From a virus (taxonomy: Duplodnaviria > Caudoviricetes), in the IMG/VR virus record IMGVR_UViG_3300021387_001666, positions 44,189 through 108,188 of that record: 64,000 nucleotides of DNA; one strand, written 5' to 3'. Positions 62,406-64,000 of this stretch are shown here, piece after piece. The notes below the pieces were generated by a model. That model worked only from the letters and a program-made list of their open reading frames with translations, did not search any database and was not told where the DNA came from. Each line of letters starts with the position of its first letter. The stretch's first letter is position 1. Made by a program: the position numbers and the translations under genes.

Positions 62406-63482
62406 CATAAAATTGTTATCATACAGGCTCTTTATCCTGTATTTCTGTATGTTACCATACAGGTCAGACTATATCTTCACTTCACAGTGCTGGGATTTCG
62501 TGTCAGGATTATATTCTATATAAATAGTTTCACCTGTTAGTCGTTTGACCTTCCACAACCATTTAAATTGTGGCTTGGTAAAGGATTGTCCCATAGGGAG
62601 TTCCCCTTTTTAACCCAGTTACGAGGCAGTACCTAATTTATATTTTAAGGAATCTATTACATAAGGATTAATTAACTCACGAAATTTACTAAATTCTTTA
62701 CGGTGTAACCTCATTCTATATCCTTTGTTTCTTTTACTGAGGCCAAAATGCAGATTGAATTTTTCTTCAAAGAAAGCTACTAACAGCTCTACGCTTTTTC
62801 TGGAAAATCCTTCAGTACAAATATCTGCTGTTCCTTGGTGAAAGCAACCATCATCCATATATAGATAGGCTAAAGAGATTTCGGTAAAGTGTTCTAAAAC
62901 TTCCCTGCATACCTCTTTTTTACCAGTATTATACAGCAAATTGTATATTTTATGAAAATACTGATTACTTCCTGTAGTAACAGTGTATGAAATTTGTTCT
63001 ACGTTTCTGCGTTCATCTATTCTGGAATAGATGTTAAGTTTACTACCTAAAGACTTTAATTTGTTATCCAATAAAACTGCATATTCTTTTTGAGCAACTC
63101 CGTGGTCACATTTAAATTTAGGAGCACTCCAACCATATTTAGGATAGTATTGTAAACTAGAATCTCCAAGAAGAGTCCCTGTTAATATTTGCAGTTGTTC
63201 TTCTGTAGGTATAGTTTCCTTTACCCTCAAAGATGGTTTGGTGTGCATTGGGGGAAGGCCAAAACCTTTTCTCCACCTAAATATAGTTGAGTCAGAGATG
63301 TTCATTTGTTTTGCAATCTCGTAATCATTTAAACCTTGATTGTAATAATTTAAAAACTCTTGTTTTCTACTTTCTTCTATCTTTTTCATTGAGGCTATAT
63401 TTAACTGTACAAAATTAGCATCAATTTAATATAGCTTCTATAGTCTTAAAATGTTCCTTAATAAATATAAAAAGAAATGTTT
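62406..63482 (-). mobile_element. Group I intron in the helicase gene
   Basis: Minus-strand P (aaaaggggaac), Q (aatcctttacc), R (ggtcaaacgactaac), S (aagatatagtct); exon ends in U, intron ends in G; splicing restores RFLEVVLNREG. Confidence 0.88.
62619..63389 (-). CDS. Intron-encoded LAGLIDADG homing endonuclease with N-terminal HTH
   Basis: ILTGTLLGDSSL and LAYLYMDDG motifs. Confidence 0.88.
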   Translation of the reverse strand: MKKIEESRKQEFLNYYNQGLNDYEIAKQMNISDSTIFRWRKGFGLPPMHTKPSLRVKETIPTEEQLQILTGTLLGDSSLQYYPKYGWSAPKFKCDHGVAQKEYAVLLDNKLKSLGSKLNIYSRIDERRNVEQISYTVTTGSNQYFHKIYNLLYNTGKKEVCREVLEHFTEISLAYLYMDDGCFHQGTADICTEGFSRKSVELLVAFFEEKFNLHFGLSKRNKGYRMRLHRKEFSKFRELINPYVIDSLKYKLGTAS

Positions 63483-64000
63483 ACCTCAAGGAATCTAGCA
63501 TATCCTTTAAGTCTTCTGATGTCATATTTCAGATACTCTGGAATCTCAAAGGAATAAGGGCAAGTAAGACCTAAAACCATCGAACTGTCTTGCCCTGGCT
63601 GCTTGGAATCCATAAGACCATTATAGGTAGGTCTGATTTTATTTGCTTTAAAAGCATCTAATGATACAGTATCTGAATTTTGTTGCTGAATGAGTACAGG
63701 AGTATAATGAAAGTGGTCACGGAATACCATAAAATACTCTGAGAGCTTATCAATGGTTTCCTTTTTGGTCATACCTCTTTCCTGTTCCAACCTGCCTGCA
63801 TGATCTGCAAGGATAATGACATACTCATCAGGATCTTTTGGCTCATAATAATCAAAGACAATCTTCTCTTGCTTAACACCAGTCTCTTTATTTTCAATAA
63901 TAATAGGTTTCCTGTGAATAGTACCAGCATCCTGTGCATACCTGTTTACAGTCTTCCAGCAACCAGTTGGATTACGCTCTGTTATGAAATGCACATGGTC
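63483..64000 (-). CDS. DnaB-like replicative helicase, upstream exon (continues beyond the window)
   Basis: IILADH, VLIQQQN, DSK...QDSSMVLGL SF4 helicase motifs. Confidence 0.8.

Noticed and set aside
63458-63482. Helicase ending at NISFYIY as in the ORF track
   Set aside because: These codons are intron sequence; the true C-terminus is at 62258-62405
1-64000. Stop-codon reassignment, known in some crAss-like phages
   Set aside because: Long genes are intact in the standard code, and TAG and TGA both end genes at tight junctions
1-64000. CRISPR array, tRNA genes, DGR or retron reverse transcriptase, integrase
   Set aside because: No spaced direct repeats, cloverleaf/T-loop consensus, RT or recombinase motifs were recognised by eye

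Overview
A 64-kb segment of a crAss-like (Crassvirales-type) phage of a Bacteroidota host, read in the standard genetic code. Left part (1-22.5 kb): 3' part of a large virion/cargo gene, a modular 763-aa cell-wall-hydrolase-like polyprotein flanked by two small membrane-anchored genes, a structured ~460-nt non-coding region, holin/amidase, a stand-alone portal, a six-gene uncharacterised operon and tail/spike genes. Middle (22.6-38 kb, minus strand): a 1310-aa cargo protein and a 3815-aa virion RNA polymerase (DFDVD) carrying N-terminal kinase-like, SF1-helicase and other passenger domains. Right (38-64 kb, minus strand): replication and nucleotide-metabolism genes (ThyX, PolA, dUTPase, NrdDG, nucleases, UDG, primase, SSB, AAA ATPase, and DnaB split by a group I intron encoding a LAGLIDADG endonuclease). 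The strongest candidate for a little-characterised system is an apparently complete phage-encoded ubiquitin-like conjugation operon (Ubl precursor, E2-like, JAB, E1/ThiF, unknown) at 53.6-58.8 kb. All family assignments come from motif recognition by eye; no searches were run.
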